Source of the DNA: Lama glama
Lineage: Eukaryota
Length of the DNA: 64,000 bases
NCBI GenBank assembly: GCA_028534125.1
Contig: CM052818.1
Span: 5,458,001-5,522,000, forward strand
Direction: 5' to 3'
Shown: positions 35,507-48,061 of the stretch, one piece after another
Numbering within the stretch: position 1 is the stretch's first letter
How the letters are laid out: every line of letters starts with the position of its first letter
Position numbers and translations under genes: made by a program
The notes under the pieces: generated by a model
Seen by the model: only the letters and a program-made list of their open reading frames with translations
Told to the model about the DNA's origin: nothing
Databases searched by the model: none

Positions 35507-37030
35507 TTTTGATTCCCAAGAGACAGCATCTCTAGTGGACTCTTCAAGCACAGTAGAAGGGACATTAAGAAAATGGGACGTGTCAGTCCAAAAACTTGGA
35601 AGCAACTCAATGTGGACTGAGAAGTGATGGCTGGAGTTGAAAGCAACATTCATGATAGAGCTCATGACTGCAAACCCAATGGTTTCCCTTTGTGTCTGAC
35701 TGAATCTCTCCTCTCAGTTCCCCCCAATCCAGATAAGATCCTATTTCTAAGATTAAAAAAAAAAAGTATAGAAATCAACTAATTTCTAGGAAGAATAAAG
35801 TATGTGGATGCTCTGAAGGTCAAAATCGACACTCTGTCTGGAGATGTCCATGTGAAACACCGCCTCTGCTCCATTTGTAAAACAATTTCAGTGACAGGCT
35901 GAGTTGCTTTGATGACAAGAGACCCACTTGCTTAAAATTCTTCTTCTCAACTTAGTGGTGATGGATATCAAGGATATGGTATTTTTCTTCTCATAGGGTA
36001 TTTTACCCAAGGTAAGACCTCACAGATTGTGAGATGAACCATTCTTCTGTGTACCAGTAACAAGAAAGAGCTGCCATTTCAACTATGACCGATCACTCTC
36101 TGTAAGAGGCATCCTAGTTTTTGAGCTGCTAAAGTGCCTCAGAGACAGTGGAATCTGGTGACTGTCCTTTGTCCAACAGTCCTCACGCCCCTCAGGGAGT
36201 GGGGGGGCTGCTATATTAAGTCATATATCTGCCTACTGCTGACTCAGACAGCCCTGCCGAGGGATCTGGCGCCACCGCTGCTTCTTTCTGCTTGAATTAT
36301 CCCCACAGCCCACTGAGAGCTGAGGACAGTGGCCCATAGCACTGGGTCATTCCCCCAGAACCTTGCACAGGTCCAGGCCCAGAGAAAGCAATCATAGGCA
36401 TTTGCAGTTTGCAAAGCACTTTTACATCCAAACTTAAAGCAGCCACATTCCCCATGCTACCTGCCACACTCCTGAGACAAGCAGGGTAAAGATTATTCCC
36501 TCCACTTTCCAGAAAACAGATTGTCGCCAGATTAAGTAGCTTCACCTGCCCGAGGACACACCGTGAGCAAGTGATGTCCCTGGTAGGAAAGCTGAAAGCT
36601 CCTAACTCCCAGAGCAAGACTTGTCCTTTTTTCCTGTTACTTCTCTCTGCTCCTAAAATAAAATTCCAAGTTTAAAGTTCCCATCTGGTATTTCCCACCC
36701 ATCTGGAGACCAAGGCACCCCTGGAGAACCTGAGACTTGGCTCTGGACCTGGTCCCCGTGTGGCTGCCCAGCCCACCCCGGATCACATCCTCTGGGATAC
36801 CCAGCCCACCCCCTCCAGGGGCCCTGCCTTCCTCCACCATCAATGCCTCATTAACCAGGAGGCAAAGGGAGTCACAGCCATGGGGTTGGGATTTTATTCC
36901 CTATTTGATTATTTTCTGAAATACATATTATATAAATATTATACTTTATATGTTACAAGAAACACGAATCTTGAACCCTAGAATATCTGATTTCACCTTA
37001 TTGAGGTATAGAAGTGATGGCAATGCCACC

Positions 37031-37056
37031 AAAAAAAAAAAAAAAAAAAAAAAAAA
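37031..37056. repeat. Poly(A)26 tract
   Basis: Directly visible. Confidence 0.95.
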
Positions 37057-39313
37057 CCCTGACTTCATGTGCCTTATATAGGCTTGTCTCTGCGGAAGGG
37101 AAAAAAAAGCAATTAAAACATATGCTCTTCTCATTGTCCTTTCCTTATGCAAAAGGGGAGCCTCACTAACAGAAATCAGAGCATCCAACTTACAAAGATT
37201 TAGGAAAGAGGCAGATTTTCAGGGGATAATTTTCTCTTGATTCAAATCCCTTTTGCCCTCTCTCCCATCCCCACTTCTTTTTTTTCAGAAAATGAAGAAA
37301 ACTATTTTTTCAATACGGGGGTATCCAGCAGGATTGTGGGCGTCACAGGTGCCTCACGGTCACGATACACTTTCTTTCCCATTAAATAATAAAATATGCC
37401 GTGGAGTCACACAACTCCTTAGACCCAGGGGACATTAAAGCAGCTCATCAAGCACCATCCATGTGGAAAGATATGAATATATTTTACCTGCAGACATAAT
37501 TCCTCTGCAGCTGCCTCAGAACCCTTGCTTTCTCACACACACTCCTTCCCAAAACACACAAGGGGGAGGGCGGAGGTGAGAGGAGAGGGAGACACTGAGA
37601 ATTTTACTGAAGACCAGAGAAAAAGAGAGACTTGTAGTATCTGTAAAGAACCCAGTCTGAAAGACTGTGTAGAATTCTTAACAATGTAACTCCTATTTTT
37701 TGTTTTCTTTTATTTTCACTTGTTAGGTGAATTTTTAAGTAACTTGAGTTGCTGGAGGCTGGGTTTGCGCTCACCTTCTGCTCCATTACTGGGGAACAAT
37801 CAGATATTTTCTCCTTACCTGAATTATATTTTTCTTCTATTTTGACCCCAAAAGCACCAAAACCTTATGCTTAGTTAGGAGGGACCTGTTGAGGCTTATA
37901 TGTTGAAGCCACAGAAAGATACAAATCATGAATTCCATCGCCCAACCCACTAATTGTCAGATTTTTGTGAAAGACTCTAATTAAATCCCATCGGAAAAGA
38001 ACACCAAGCAGTGGAAAAAGAAAAATCAGTCATTTAAACAACTCTGCTAAGAGCTTAAAATAGACACGGAAGAACATCTTTAAACTGTTCTTTTTTTTTT
38101 TTTCAGGCAAGGATAAGAAAAATCAGGAACAGAGAAATGTTGGGCTAGATAATAATATTCTAAGCATCTGAAAGGTAGCATCTATAAAAACTTTATGAGA
38201 TGCGCTAAATTTATTCCAGACAAAAATCTTCATCGACTGACTGCCTATTAGATTGCCTTTATTGTCTTTCTTTCTTTATAGAGCTGTCACAGGAAGATTC
38301 CTCGTGCTCAGCCAATCATGGAAGATTCCTTAAAAAAACCTGGAGAAGAAAGAGATTGGTACATCAACCTAATCCCTGCACATGAAAACTCCTCCTCCAG
38401 TTCTACTGGTAACAGCTGCCCCCCACAAAAAAAAGTGTCTTTTACGAGATGCTCTTCAACAGAACAAATGACAAGTCCCCCCAACATAAAACACATTTTC
38501 TCTCAAACAAAAAGCACTAAACTTGAGCCGCAAAACCCTCCCAAGGTTGAAAATACATTTCTCACAGATGTGAATGTGAAAAGGGATCTCAAAATTGTGT
38601 TCCTTGGGACTTAGATGTCCCAAGATGAGTCAGGTCGAGTCACAAATGTTGTATCCGTGCCCCTACGACAAAAGTCCCAGGGCCAGGCTCCCTGTTCAAA
38701 GTCATGCTCCCTTCAGACCCAATCAAAGATACTCATCTCTTATCCTCACCCGATCTGGGACATGGTGTTTCAAGACTGGCTGGGGGTGTGTCAAGGCATG
38801 TGAAGGGAGAGCTGCCTCAAAGGAACTTCCTGGATTTTGTTTCCCTCCTGCTTTGTCCAAAAGCAGGACAGTGTTCTGCAAAGCTCTTCCACAGATGCTG
38901 CATGACTGACCCCAAATGGGTATAATGGCCTTTTTTTTTTTTGCAAAACTCCTTGTGACTTGGGGCTTCTCCATCTTTCCTTCCCCCCGCAGGTAAGTTT
39001 CTTATCGGGTTATAAAGCAAAGAGAGGCCTCCAGAAGCGGGCCTCACTCTCCAGCCCCTCCTCACCCATCTCCATCAGGCCCACCCTTCTTCCCCTACTC
39101 CCCCACCACTTCAAGGAAGAGTGTTCCCCCCTCCTGTTGAAGACTCACTTCCACTGGAGATGCAGCACTGGCAGGCACCTTGCTCCAGCAACAGGAGCAT
39201 CTGTCACCTGCATGATGAACCTTTCTCTCTTTGTGAGCACTTTCCCCTCTAAATATAATATGAATCTACTTATAATACAGATCTCTCCCTTTGTAACAAT
39301 TTTTTAAATTCCC

Positions 39314-39463
39314 AGAGATTGCACATGTAAGTGATATCATATGACATTTGTCTTTCTCTGCCTGGCTTATGTCACTTACTATGATCATCTCTAGGTCCAT
39401 CTATGCTGCTGCAAATGGCATTATTTCATTCCTTTTTATGGCTGCGTAGTATTCCATTGTGCG

Positions 39464-39511
<48 letters not shown>

Positions 39512-40243
39512 CACACCTTCTTTATCCAGTCATCTGTCAATGGACATTTAGGTTGCTTCCATGTCTTAGCTATTGTAAAAAATAGGGCTTCTGTCAACAT
39601 TGGGGTGCATGTATCTTTTCAAGTTTACCAAGGAGGAAGGGGTGGAGGGATAAATTAGGAGTTTGGGGTTAACATATACACACTAATATATATAAAATAA
39701 ACAAACAACAAGGGCCTACTATAAAGCACAGGGAACTATATTTAATATTTTGTAATAACCTATAATGGAAAAGAATCTGAAAAAGAATATATATGTATAT
39801 GTATAACTGAATCACTATTCTGTACACCTGAAACTAACACAACATTATAAATCAACTATAGTTCAATAAAAATAAGTTTAAAAAACTTATTTTAAATGAC
39901 ACAAATGGATTTATTTACAAAACAGAAAACACTCACAGACATAGAAAACAAACTTATGTCTACTAAAGGGGAAAGGGAGGGAGAGATAAATTAGGAATCT
40001 GAGATTAACAGATACACATTGCTATATATAAAACACAGAAACAACAAGGTCCTACTGTATAGCACAGGGGACTATATTCAATATCTTGTAATAGCCTGTA
40101 ATGGAAAAGAATCTGAGAAAGAATATATTTAGATGTATACGTGTAACTGAATCACTTTGCTGTACATCTGAAACTAACACATTGTAAATCAACTATACTT
40201 CAATAAAAAAATTTTTAATGTCATAATTTTAAATGAAATTTAA
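39314..40243 (+). mobile_element. Composite L1: twin-primed element with a second L1 3'UTR at the inversion junction
   Basis: Inverted ORF2 end at 39314-39620 (contains (CA)n 39467-39515). Sense 3'UTR copies at 39628-39873 and 39893-40210. Outer TSD aattttttaaattccc (39298-39313) / aatttttaaaattccc (40244-40259). Confidence 0.85.
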
Positions 40244-40279
40244 AATTTTTAAAATTCCCTAAAAAAAAGTAATTTTAAA

Positions 40280-40790
40280 AATGATTGTCATCCTGCTCAC
40301 TATTCCCTTGGCTGCGTCTTGGAAAGCAGTCTGTCCCACAATAATCAGGCTGCCATTCCCCCTGTAATAACAAAGTCCTGGCCCAGGTCAGTAACAGCCA
40401 TAACTTACAGCATCCACAGAACTCATCACCTTCGTCTTTTCATCTGCCTTCTCTGTGGAGGTTAACACTTTACCCTTCCTTCCTCTTGGAAACTCTCACC
40501 ACCTTTGAGTCCCATAGGCCTTCTCTCCTATTTCTCCTCCTTTTTCTCTGCCTGCTTGTGCCCAGTGCCTGCATCTGCCCTTCTTCCACCCAGCACTTCA
40601 GGGGCTTGTTATATTTCACGGGCTTATTCATCTTCTCGTTCTAGTCTCCTGGCTCCTTCCTGTGTCTCGCTTCCACAGTGATCAGTGTGATGGCACACAC
40701 TACCTGTAACTTTACCATCCCACACCAGACGCTTCCACATCTTGCTGATATCTGAAATCACTTTCCCAGGGGACGTAGATTCCATTTCAC
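40280..40790 (+). mobile_element. L2 body fragment (continues from about 39040-39280)
   Basis: Pyrimidine-rich L2-like motifs cttcctcttggaaactctc, ttctcctcctttttctctg, atatctgaaatcacttt. Confidence 0.55.
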
Positions 40791-41519
40791 TTTGAAGCTT
40801 AAAATGGTAGATAATCCTTGGAGAAATGAAAGATGTGCAAATCCCTCCCTAAGAGATCATTTTGATGGGAGAAGAGAGAGCAGAGAGGGAAGTCAAACAT
40901 TCTCTATCCCTCAATTTTTCATTTATCACAAGTGGGATAGTAATAATCATCTTTCCTACATCAGCCATAATACAGCTGAAAGTGTCCTGAGAATTTTTTA
41001 ACTCTAGTAATATTATCACTAACTGGCATGAGTACAGTTGGTTTTTATTTGGAGAAAGCTTTATACCTCTCGTACTTCCACAATTTTGACTAGAATACCT
41101 TGCAAAATTTTTCCCAACATCTCTATTTTAAAAGCTAGTGTGTCGTCCCTGCCTGACCTTGAATTCTCTAGCAAACTGAGTCTCAGGAGAGATGAGAAGG
41201 AATAAATGAAGGCATAGAAGAGGCAGGAAAATGGAAATTCCTACTATAAATAAGGGCTCACAATTCATTTTATACCCGTCAGGAATACTGGGCTAGAAAG
41301 CATTCACACAAGAAAAGATGCCTGTTTCTTAATGTCATCTATAGTTCTGTGTAGTGTCAAATATCCAACACAACAACAAGTGCTTGCTGTGAACACTTGC
41401 ACACCTTTTCAGAGCTGGGGATGAGAAGGAGCGGGCTTGAGTATACATTAAGAGGCTGGCTGTCATCAAATCACCTTCTTGTTTTAGAATCTAAAATGAC
41501 CACTGAACACTGACTGGTA

Positions 41520-41840
41520 AAATTCACCAGGTAGTTCCAGTCCATTCTTCCTGCCCTTGAATACATGAATTGTATCCATGTGATTTGCTTTGGCCAATGA
41601 GATGTGAGTGAAAGTGAAGAGTGACATCTTCGGGCTGAAGCTGTAAAACACCTTTATGCAATTCATTATATTCTTCTATTTGTCTTCTGCTATTGCCACT
41701 GGCAACATTACAGGTGTTCAGTAGCCTGGGTCCTGAGGTCAGGATAATGCAGAGGCACTTCTGAGTCAATCCATAGAGAATATGGAACATGAGCAAACCA
41801 GACTTATTTTTTATGTAATATATCTGGACCTATACTGAAC
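41520..41840 (+). mobile_element. MaLR LTR, MLT1J-like
   Basis: ccatgtgatttgctttggccaatgagatgtgagtgaaagtga, agcctgggtcctgagg. Confidence 0.7.
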
Positions 41841-41954
41841 GGTACACTCCCATCAAATCTAGCATCCTAAATCCTACCTAATTAGGTCTCTCACTAACAT
41901 TTGTATCCTTGTCTCTCAACCTGCTCCAACCTGAAACAGTCTAGTGAAGGGAGC

Positions 41955-42455
41955 TACGTTCATTTTCTATTTGCTATCTAACAAATTATCACACATCTAG
42001 CAGCTTGAGGCAACAAGTGGCACTGATATTGGTCAAGGCTGTGGTCTTCTCTGAGGACTGGAGTCCTCCTCCAAGTTTGTCCCGGTTAATGACGGAATTC
42101 CATTTTTTGTGGCTGTAAGACTAACACACTCAACTCCTGAAGGCCACTCTCCCCTGGGCCGTTCCCAGTATGGCTGTGTGATTTCGTCCAGTCCATCGGT
42201 AAAGCCTGTCTCTTCTAAAGGCCCACCTAATTAGGTCAAGGCCACACAGAATAATCTTCCTCTTGATTAACTCAAAGTCCACCGATTAGGGACCCTAATT
42301 ACATCGGCAAAACTCCCTTCACTTTTGCAAATAACACAATGGTCACAGAACTGACATCACATCACATCACATCACAGGTCCCAGCTACGCTAAAGGGGAG
42401 GGGATGATACAAGGGTGTGAGTCACTGGGGGTAATCCTGGAATCCTATCTACCAA
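41955..42455 (-). mobile_element. MaLR LTR, MLT1E-like
   Basis: tctatttgctatctaacaaattatcacac, taattaggtcaaggccacacagaataatcttcc, gattagggaccctaattacatcggcaaaa. Confidence 0.75.
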
Positions 42456-44629
42456 GGGAGGTCATTCTGCCTTCTCATGTCCACACACAAGGTCTGGCTC
42501 CTCTTGCAGTTTACGTATACAATATCCTCTTAACTGCAAACTCTTTTCTGTCCTAAATGTCAGTCCAAAATTTCTCCATCCTTTAGCCTAAGACAGGCCC
42601 CTCCTCTCTAAAACCTCCTCAAAGTCTGCCACCCATGGGCAGAGAAGGCTTACAACTCTCGGTTTCTCTCAACTCTCAGCTCTCAGTGTCCTACTCACTG
42701 TATACAATGCACATAATGGGATAAACTCTGATGATCTTTATCATCTATATAACACATGTAGCAGGATGATCAAACAAAAGTTTAAAATGATACATAAAAA
42801 TTGAGTATCTGTGAAACTCCAACGGGAAGTTTCAGCTACAAATTTTCAGAAGAAATAACTAAGAACAGGATTCCTAAGTGAACAGACTTCTTCCCCATGA
42901 GGAGAATATGAAGGAATTAAGGGAGTTGGAATTGTGGAAGAATATTCTGGTAACAGCTGTCCAAATCTTAAACAAGAATTGTGTCTTAGAAAGTGCTTGA
43001 CGTGATGGCACAAGGAGCCCTAGCTCTAAAAGGCTGGAGGGGAGAGGGTGGTTGGGTACCAGGAGGGCCAGTCAAAAAATAAACAGCACTTATGACAAGA
43101 GAAGGGCAGATGGACTGTCCAATAGGTGATGTCTGCACAACCCCATAGTTTTCCCAAAGGAGACAGAGTGGTCTTTAATCATCTGCTAGAAATTCCAGCC
43201 CAGAGAAAGCAAAGCCAGCTTACGAGAGTACTAGTCATAAGAGAACCTTCCCGTTTCTCTTACTTAGCTCTACAACCCCAGAGGGACCCGAGATGGCAGC
43301 TAGGGAGTGGAGGTGGAGGTGACCAGGAGGAAACAAGGTGGGCAGGTTGCAGATGGAGGTGAAGACTTACCTCTGCATGAATGTTGTACAGTTGATTTGG
43401 ACTGGCCATCCTGACTTCTTATTTGAGACTGTGCTTTGAGTTTTGTTTTGTTTTGGTTTTTTCTCCATAAGGTGGCCATTGGACTTTTATTGCCTGAAAG
43501 TAAGCAGAAAGGCCATAAGACTTCCCTCATTCCGCAGGTTTAAAAGGAGAAGTCGGGACAAAAATAAAGTTGCTTTTAGGATCCCACTCCGTGAGTCCTG
43601 TTCGTTCTTGTGATAGATGCTATCTGACACCTGTCTCTTCACTTGGCTGTGAGCTGTTTTAGGGGATCTGCTTGTTGATTTTAAAGTTCAAAGTCATGGA
43701 TTACTATCAGTCTTGTCAGTTTCATGGAAAACCAGGATGTGACATTTCTTGTCTTTCCTGAGAAGGAAGAAGCAGAGCAGATTTCAGCTACTAAACACAC
43801 ACACACGCACAAACACACACACATCTCCTCGGGTCTTCTTGAAAGGAGGTAGCGTGATTCCTAGAACACCATGAGTGAAACCATTCCATTTCTCAAGGAG
43901 ACCACGTCTTGATCTCAAGTTAAAGGCTGCACTGGGTCTTTTTCCAGTTATGCAGCTTTGTTAAGGGGTGTAACAAGAATTCCTGGGGAGGAAGATTAAA
44001 AGGGAGTTCAAAGTGAGGACCAGAGATTTTTGCAGATATGCTGTGATTCGAATTGTGAGAAAGCCATCAAGTGGAGATATCTCAACACTTTTCAGATGTT
44101 TGCAGAGTGATGTCTCAATGCCAAATACAAAGAGAGCTCATGCCTATAACTGATTTGATTGAAGAAATACATAATAGGCTACTTCAGCACTCAGTGAATA
44201 GATAATTTAAGGGGGAAAAGTCAATATATGGTTCAAAAATATCACAAAGGAAACACACAGAGAACTGAGTTTATATATATATATTTTTTTCCACCTAGCT
44301 ACAAACTCATTTTATATGACTCCTCCCTGACCCAATCCCTCTAAAAATGGAAAAGTCAATTAGTGATATCAGATATTGCTCCTAAAATTTCAGTTTGTGG
44401 CTCCAATTACTCATGCAGTCAAGCCCTCTCTTCTACTTCAGCACATTTGTTTGGTGTTTTTTTGCCGGTAATCCCCAACTACTCCAGTTCAGTACAATGG
44501 ACAGACATTTGCCCACAACTACTTGTTTAAGACCCTCCAAGTGGCATCTCTTCTCTCGATCCTCACCTGTGGCATCTGGTGTTCTCACTCTCTAAAAAGT
44601 TGTCTTCTTTGTCTGCTTACTCCTCATGT

Positions 44630-44790
44630 CTGAATCTTTCATCTAGAATTGAACTCTGCAAGGGTAGTGGCCTTCCTCCTCCTCCCCCTCCCCCTCCTTC
44701 TCCTTCTTCATTTACTTCTCTACTCCCAGTAACTAGAACAGTGCCTGGCATAGAGTAGGTACTGAATAAACATTCGCTGAATGAATGGAA
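44630..44790 (+). mobile_element. L2 3' end
   Basis: ctagaacagtgcctggcatagagtaggtactgaataaacattcgctgaatgaatg. Confidence 0.8.
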
Positions 44791-46669
44791 TAGTCACCCT
44801 ACTCCTTATTCTCTGTGTAATGTGGGACAAATGGTTTGCCTCCCTAAAATTTACCTGATAGAGTGGTCTTGAGATTTCCAAAATATGAATCATGTGAAGT
44901 GTATAACATGGCATTTTGCACATGTCAAGAGCTCAACGCATTTCTGTCCATCTCTCAAATGCACAGAATGCATATCCATGTGTTACCACATTTCCTTCAT
45001 TATTTACTTCATTGCTTGCTTCTGTTACTGATAAGCCTCCCTCCTGCTCTACCAGCACTTCCCTTCTGTAATGCTCCACGATGCTTCTTTTCCTATTGTC
45101 GGAAACAGCCCTGGGAAAAGAGGTGCTCCTGGGGTGGGGTCACGTGATCACAAAAGCAGCTTTGCTAGTCAAAAGTGTCCAATAAAAATGGGAAGTCGCT
45201 TCCTAAATGTCTCTGGAAGTCTGTGGTTTAGTTCACAATATCTTAACAGATTAAGTTAATGCAAATAGCAGATGTATTTTGTAGCAACAAGACAAATGTT
45301 CAGCAGAATTAAAGTTATTCATGTGTAGTCACACTGGGAATATTTGCATGATATTTTGCTAATTGCTCCAAAATCTGACTTGTAGCGAATAAACAAATGG
45401 AATAAAAAAAGAGCAAAACTCAGTCCCGGGCCTCTCTGGTTTCTCTTAAGCTCCCAATGTCTTTCTTCAACCACTCAACCCTTTGCTCTGAAAGCCCAGG
45501 GGCCTTGCCCAGCCTCCCAGGCATTTTCCTGGACCTGTTATTTCTGTGGATACCCTCATGGTTTTCCCCTGGTAACAAGAGGTCTTCCAAAAGCACTGGG
45601 CATTTTTTCTCTCCCTGACTTCAACCACCCTTCCCAGACTTCCAATGTCTATTTAGATTTCCTAATGAAAGCATCACATTGATAGATCGCACCGCTTGAT
45701 AGTAGTATAAATTCGTCAAGTTTTCTTTAAATATTTCAGATGATTTTTTTGGTCAATGTATAAGTGTATTACTTTAAAAAACCATTAAAGAAAGAGAAGA
45801 AAGGTGACCAAACTTGAAAGACTGGACTGAAACAAAATTGAAGAGTCTGTGGTTAAATGTGGATTCTAAGTTTAATTTCATCATCATTAAAATAACCCAC
45901 CGCTAAATTGGAAGTGGGAATTTTATTCTAAAAGAGTCAGAATCAATGCATTCTGCCTATTCTATTAGAATCGGGAAAGAGTGAGTAGGAAAATCTCAAC
46001 CCCAGAGACAGCAGTCCTATTCCTCCTCTGTTTTATTTCTTTTCTTCCAAGAAGTGGCTTTTCACCAGTATTTTCTGATCATCATGAAACACAGGAATCC
46101 AAATGTGAAACTGAAAGGACTTGGTCAGCTTAGCTGTGCGTAGCGCAAACACCTGGAGAAAATGACTTCTCTCAAGTCTCAGCTTTCTCATCCAGGAAAT
46201 GGTAGTAACACCTGCCTCACTTGACTCTGAACCCCACGAGCCAAATGTGGCCTCCAGGTGGGCAGGTTTTAAAGAGTACGATGTGCAACCCCGAGGCCCT
46301 ACTGTGGCTTCCTTCATGGAAGCCAATTCACACAACCACTCTGAACCTCCTCAGTTTCTCTATCTGCAAAAGGGGATAAAAAAAAAGTCTATTCTGACTA
46401 TTTCAAAAGGATTTCATAAGAATAAAAAGGGATAACACAGAAAGAAATACTTTATAATCAACAAAAAGCTTACTTTACTATAAAACGATAAGGTTTTATT
46501 ATTCATGGCTTGTGAATGTAAACGTAGCTTTCTAATTCACTGATTAGAAAATAGAAATTAGTCTTCAGCTTTGAGAAATCAGAAAAGGAATCTTAGAGTC
46601 CCTCAGCTGACCCGGATGTAACCCCAAATCCAATTCAGAAACCCTGACAAGAAGCCGGCGACCAGAGCA

Positions 46670-47087
46670 GGAAACTGACAACTCAAGCCTGGGAGGCAGC
46701 CTCTCAGATCGCTCTAGGGGACTGCTCCAAAGAGGTGAGGCAGGAGGCAGGATACACAGGAGTTTTTACAACAAAAGCCAGATAGTTGGAACAACCAAAG
46801 ATTACTGCTAATTAAAGAAAACCAGATGTGGGGGAGGGGGTCATAGCTCAGTGGTAGGGCACGTGCTTAGCATGCACGAAGTCCTGAGTTCAGTCCCTAG
46901 TACCTCCATTTAAAAAAAGTGTCTAAAAAATTTAAAAAAGGAAAACCAGATATCTCAACTTAATGAATTTAGCATTTTTCTATTTACGGGAAGATTGAAG
47001 AGTCTGGTCTTACTGAAGTCATTCCTTTGATATGCACCTTAACTATCGGGGCCAGTATCCTCTTCTCCATCCTGTATCCCCTCAGGG
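46670..47087 (-). mobile_element. ERV1-class LTR fragment, MER41-like (laurasiatherian type), interrupted by a SINE
   Basis: cagcctctcagatcgctctaggggactgctccaaagaggt, gattactgctaattaaagaaaaccaga, cattcctttgatatgcaccttaactatc, tcccctcagggtg. Family name recalled, not searched. Confidence 0.7.
46830..46937 (+). mobile_element. tRNA-derived SINE, Vic-1-like (short-tail form)
   Basis: tagctcagtggtag (A box), gttcagtccc (B box-like), tacctcca plus A tail. TSD aaagaaaaccagatgt (46814-46829) / aaggaaaaccagatat (46938-46953). Confidence 0.9.
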
Positions 47088-47662
47088 TGTCAAGCCAAAA
47101 GACATAACCAAACCAAAGATCAGGAGAAGGAACGATTTATTATTACTTGCAGCTAGTAAGGAGAACACCGAGAATCCTTCCCAGAGCAGCATCTACCTGA
47201 ACAGCTAAACTGGGGAAGTTTTAAGCTAAGGGGACACACATATTAATGAAGGGGCTTTTGCAAAGGAGAAGTCAGTATAGAACTGGGGCCAAGGTCAATA
47301 GAGCCCAAATTTTAGTTGACTGAAGCTCACAAGGGTCAACATCATCATTCCATCCTCCTCCCAGGTGGGGGCCTTAGTTCTGGTAGAACTCAAAGACTGT
47401 ATCATACTGTGATGTACATCCCTTGAGGAGGTACTAGGACTTTGTTTTATTGCTGAATTATTGTTTCTTGACTGCTTTTCCTTTATTCCTGCATTTCTCT
47501 ACTTCCCTTAAAATCATTGATTACTGAGACCCATTCAAGGGCCCAAGCATTGTGGCCAGGCTTAGATCACAGAATGGCATATGCCAAAAATGGCGTCTCT
47601 TATGTCAAGAAAGCTATGCCTGGTTCCCTTTCTCTGGGGACTTCCTACCCTGTCTGCTTACA
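47088..47662 (-). mobile_element. ERV1-class LTR
   Basis: TG...CA ends (tgtcaagcc...ctgcttaca), antisense poly(A) signal tttatt near 47137, LTR-typical ggggccttagttctggtagaactcaaaga and aaaatggcgtctcttatgtca. Confidence 0.7.
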
Positions 47663-48061
47663 TTATGAAAAAACGTTCTCCAACTTAGAAGCATTTGCAT
47701 GTTACAGGATGACAAAATCATTGTCCACTCAGCTTCATTTTGGAGTAAAGAAGGGCCTAGTTCTTTGAAGCTGATAGCTGGAATAGGAATCTTAGCCTTG
47801 TGATTAAAAACTCCATGTTTGAAGGCAAGCTATGGCCTTCTCTGAGGTTCTGTTTCCGTATGTATAGAATGAGGACAATAATACCCACCTTATGGGGTTT
47901 TTGTGAAGATGAAATTCAATGAAATCACACGCCAAGTTCCAGGCATCCTGATAACACTCCACTAGCTAACACCCACCCTCCCATTTTGCACAGCACTGAA
48001 TGCAGATCTACAGTCAGTGAGCTATTCTGACAACAAAGATGAAGTTAGTAAGGCTTTAGAT

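Noticed and set aside
37031..37056. Poly(A)26 as the tail of a processed pseudogene
   Set aside because: No upstream ORF, poly(A) signal at the right spacing, or TSD is visible.
37072..37082. CArG (SRF) box ccttatatagg
   Set aside because: Seven rather than six A/T bases between CC and GG.
38308..39307. Cluster of overlapping short ORFs on both strands
   Set aside because: No recognisable domains or consistent exon framing; expected by chance in moderately GC-rich DNA.
46830..46910. tRNA gene (likewise 31385-31462)
   Set aside because: The tRNA-like heads have degenerate stems, A-rich tails and TSDs, so they are SINEs.
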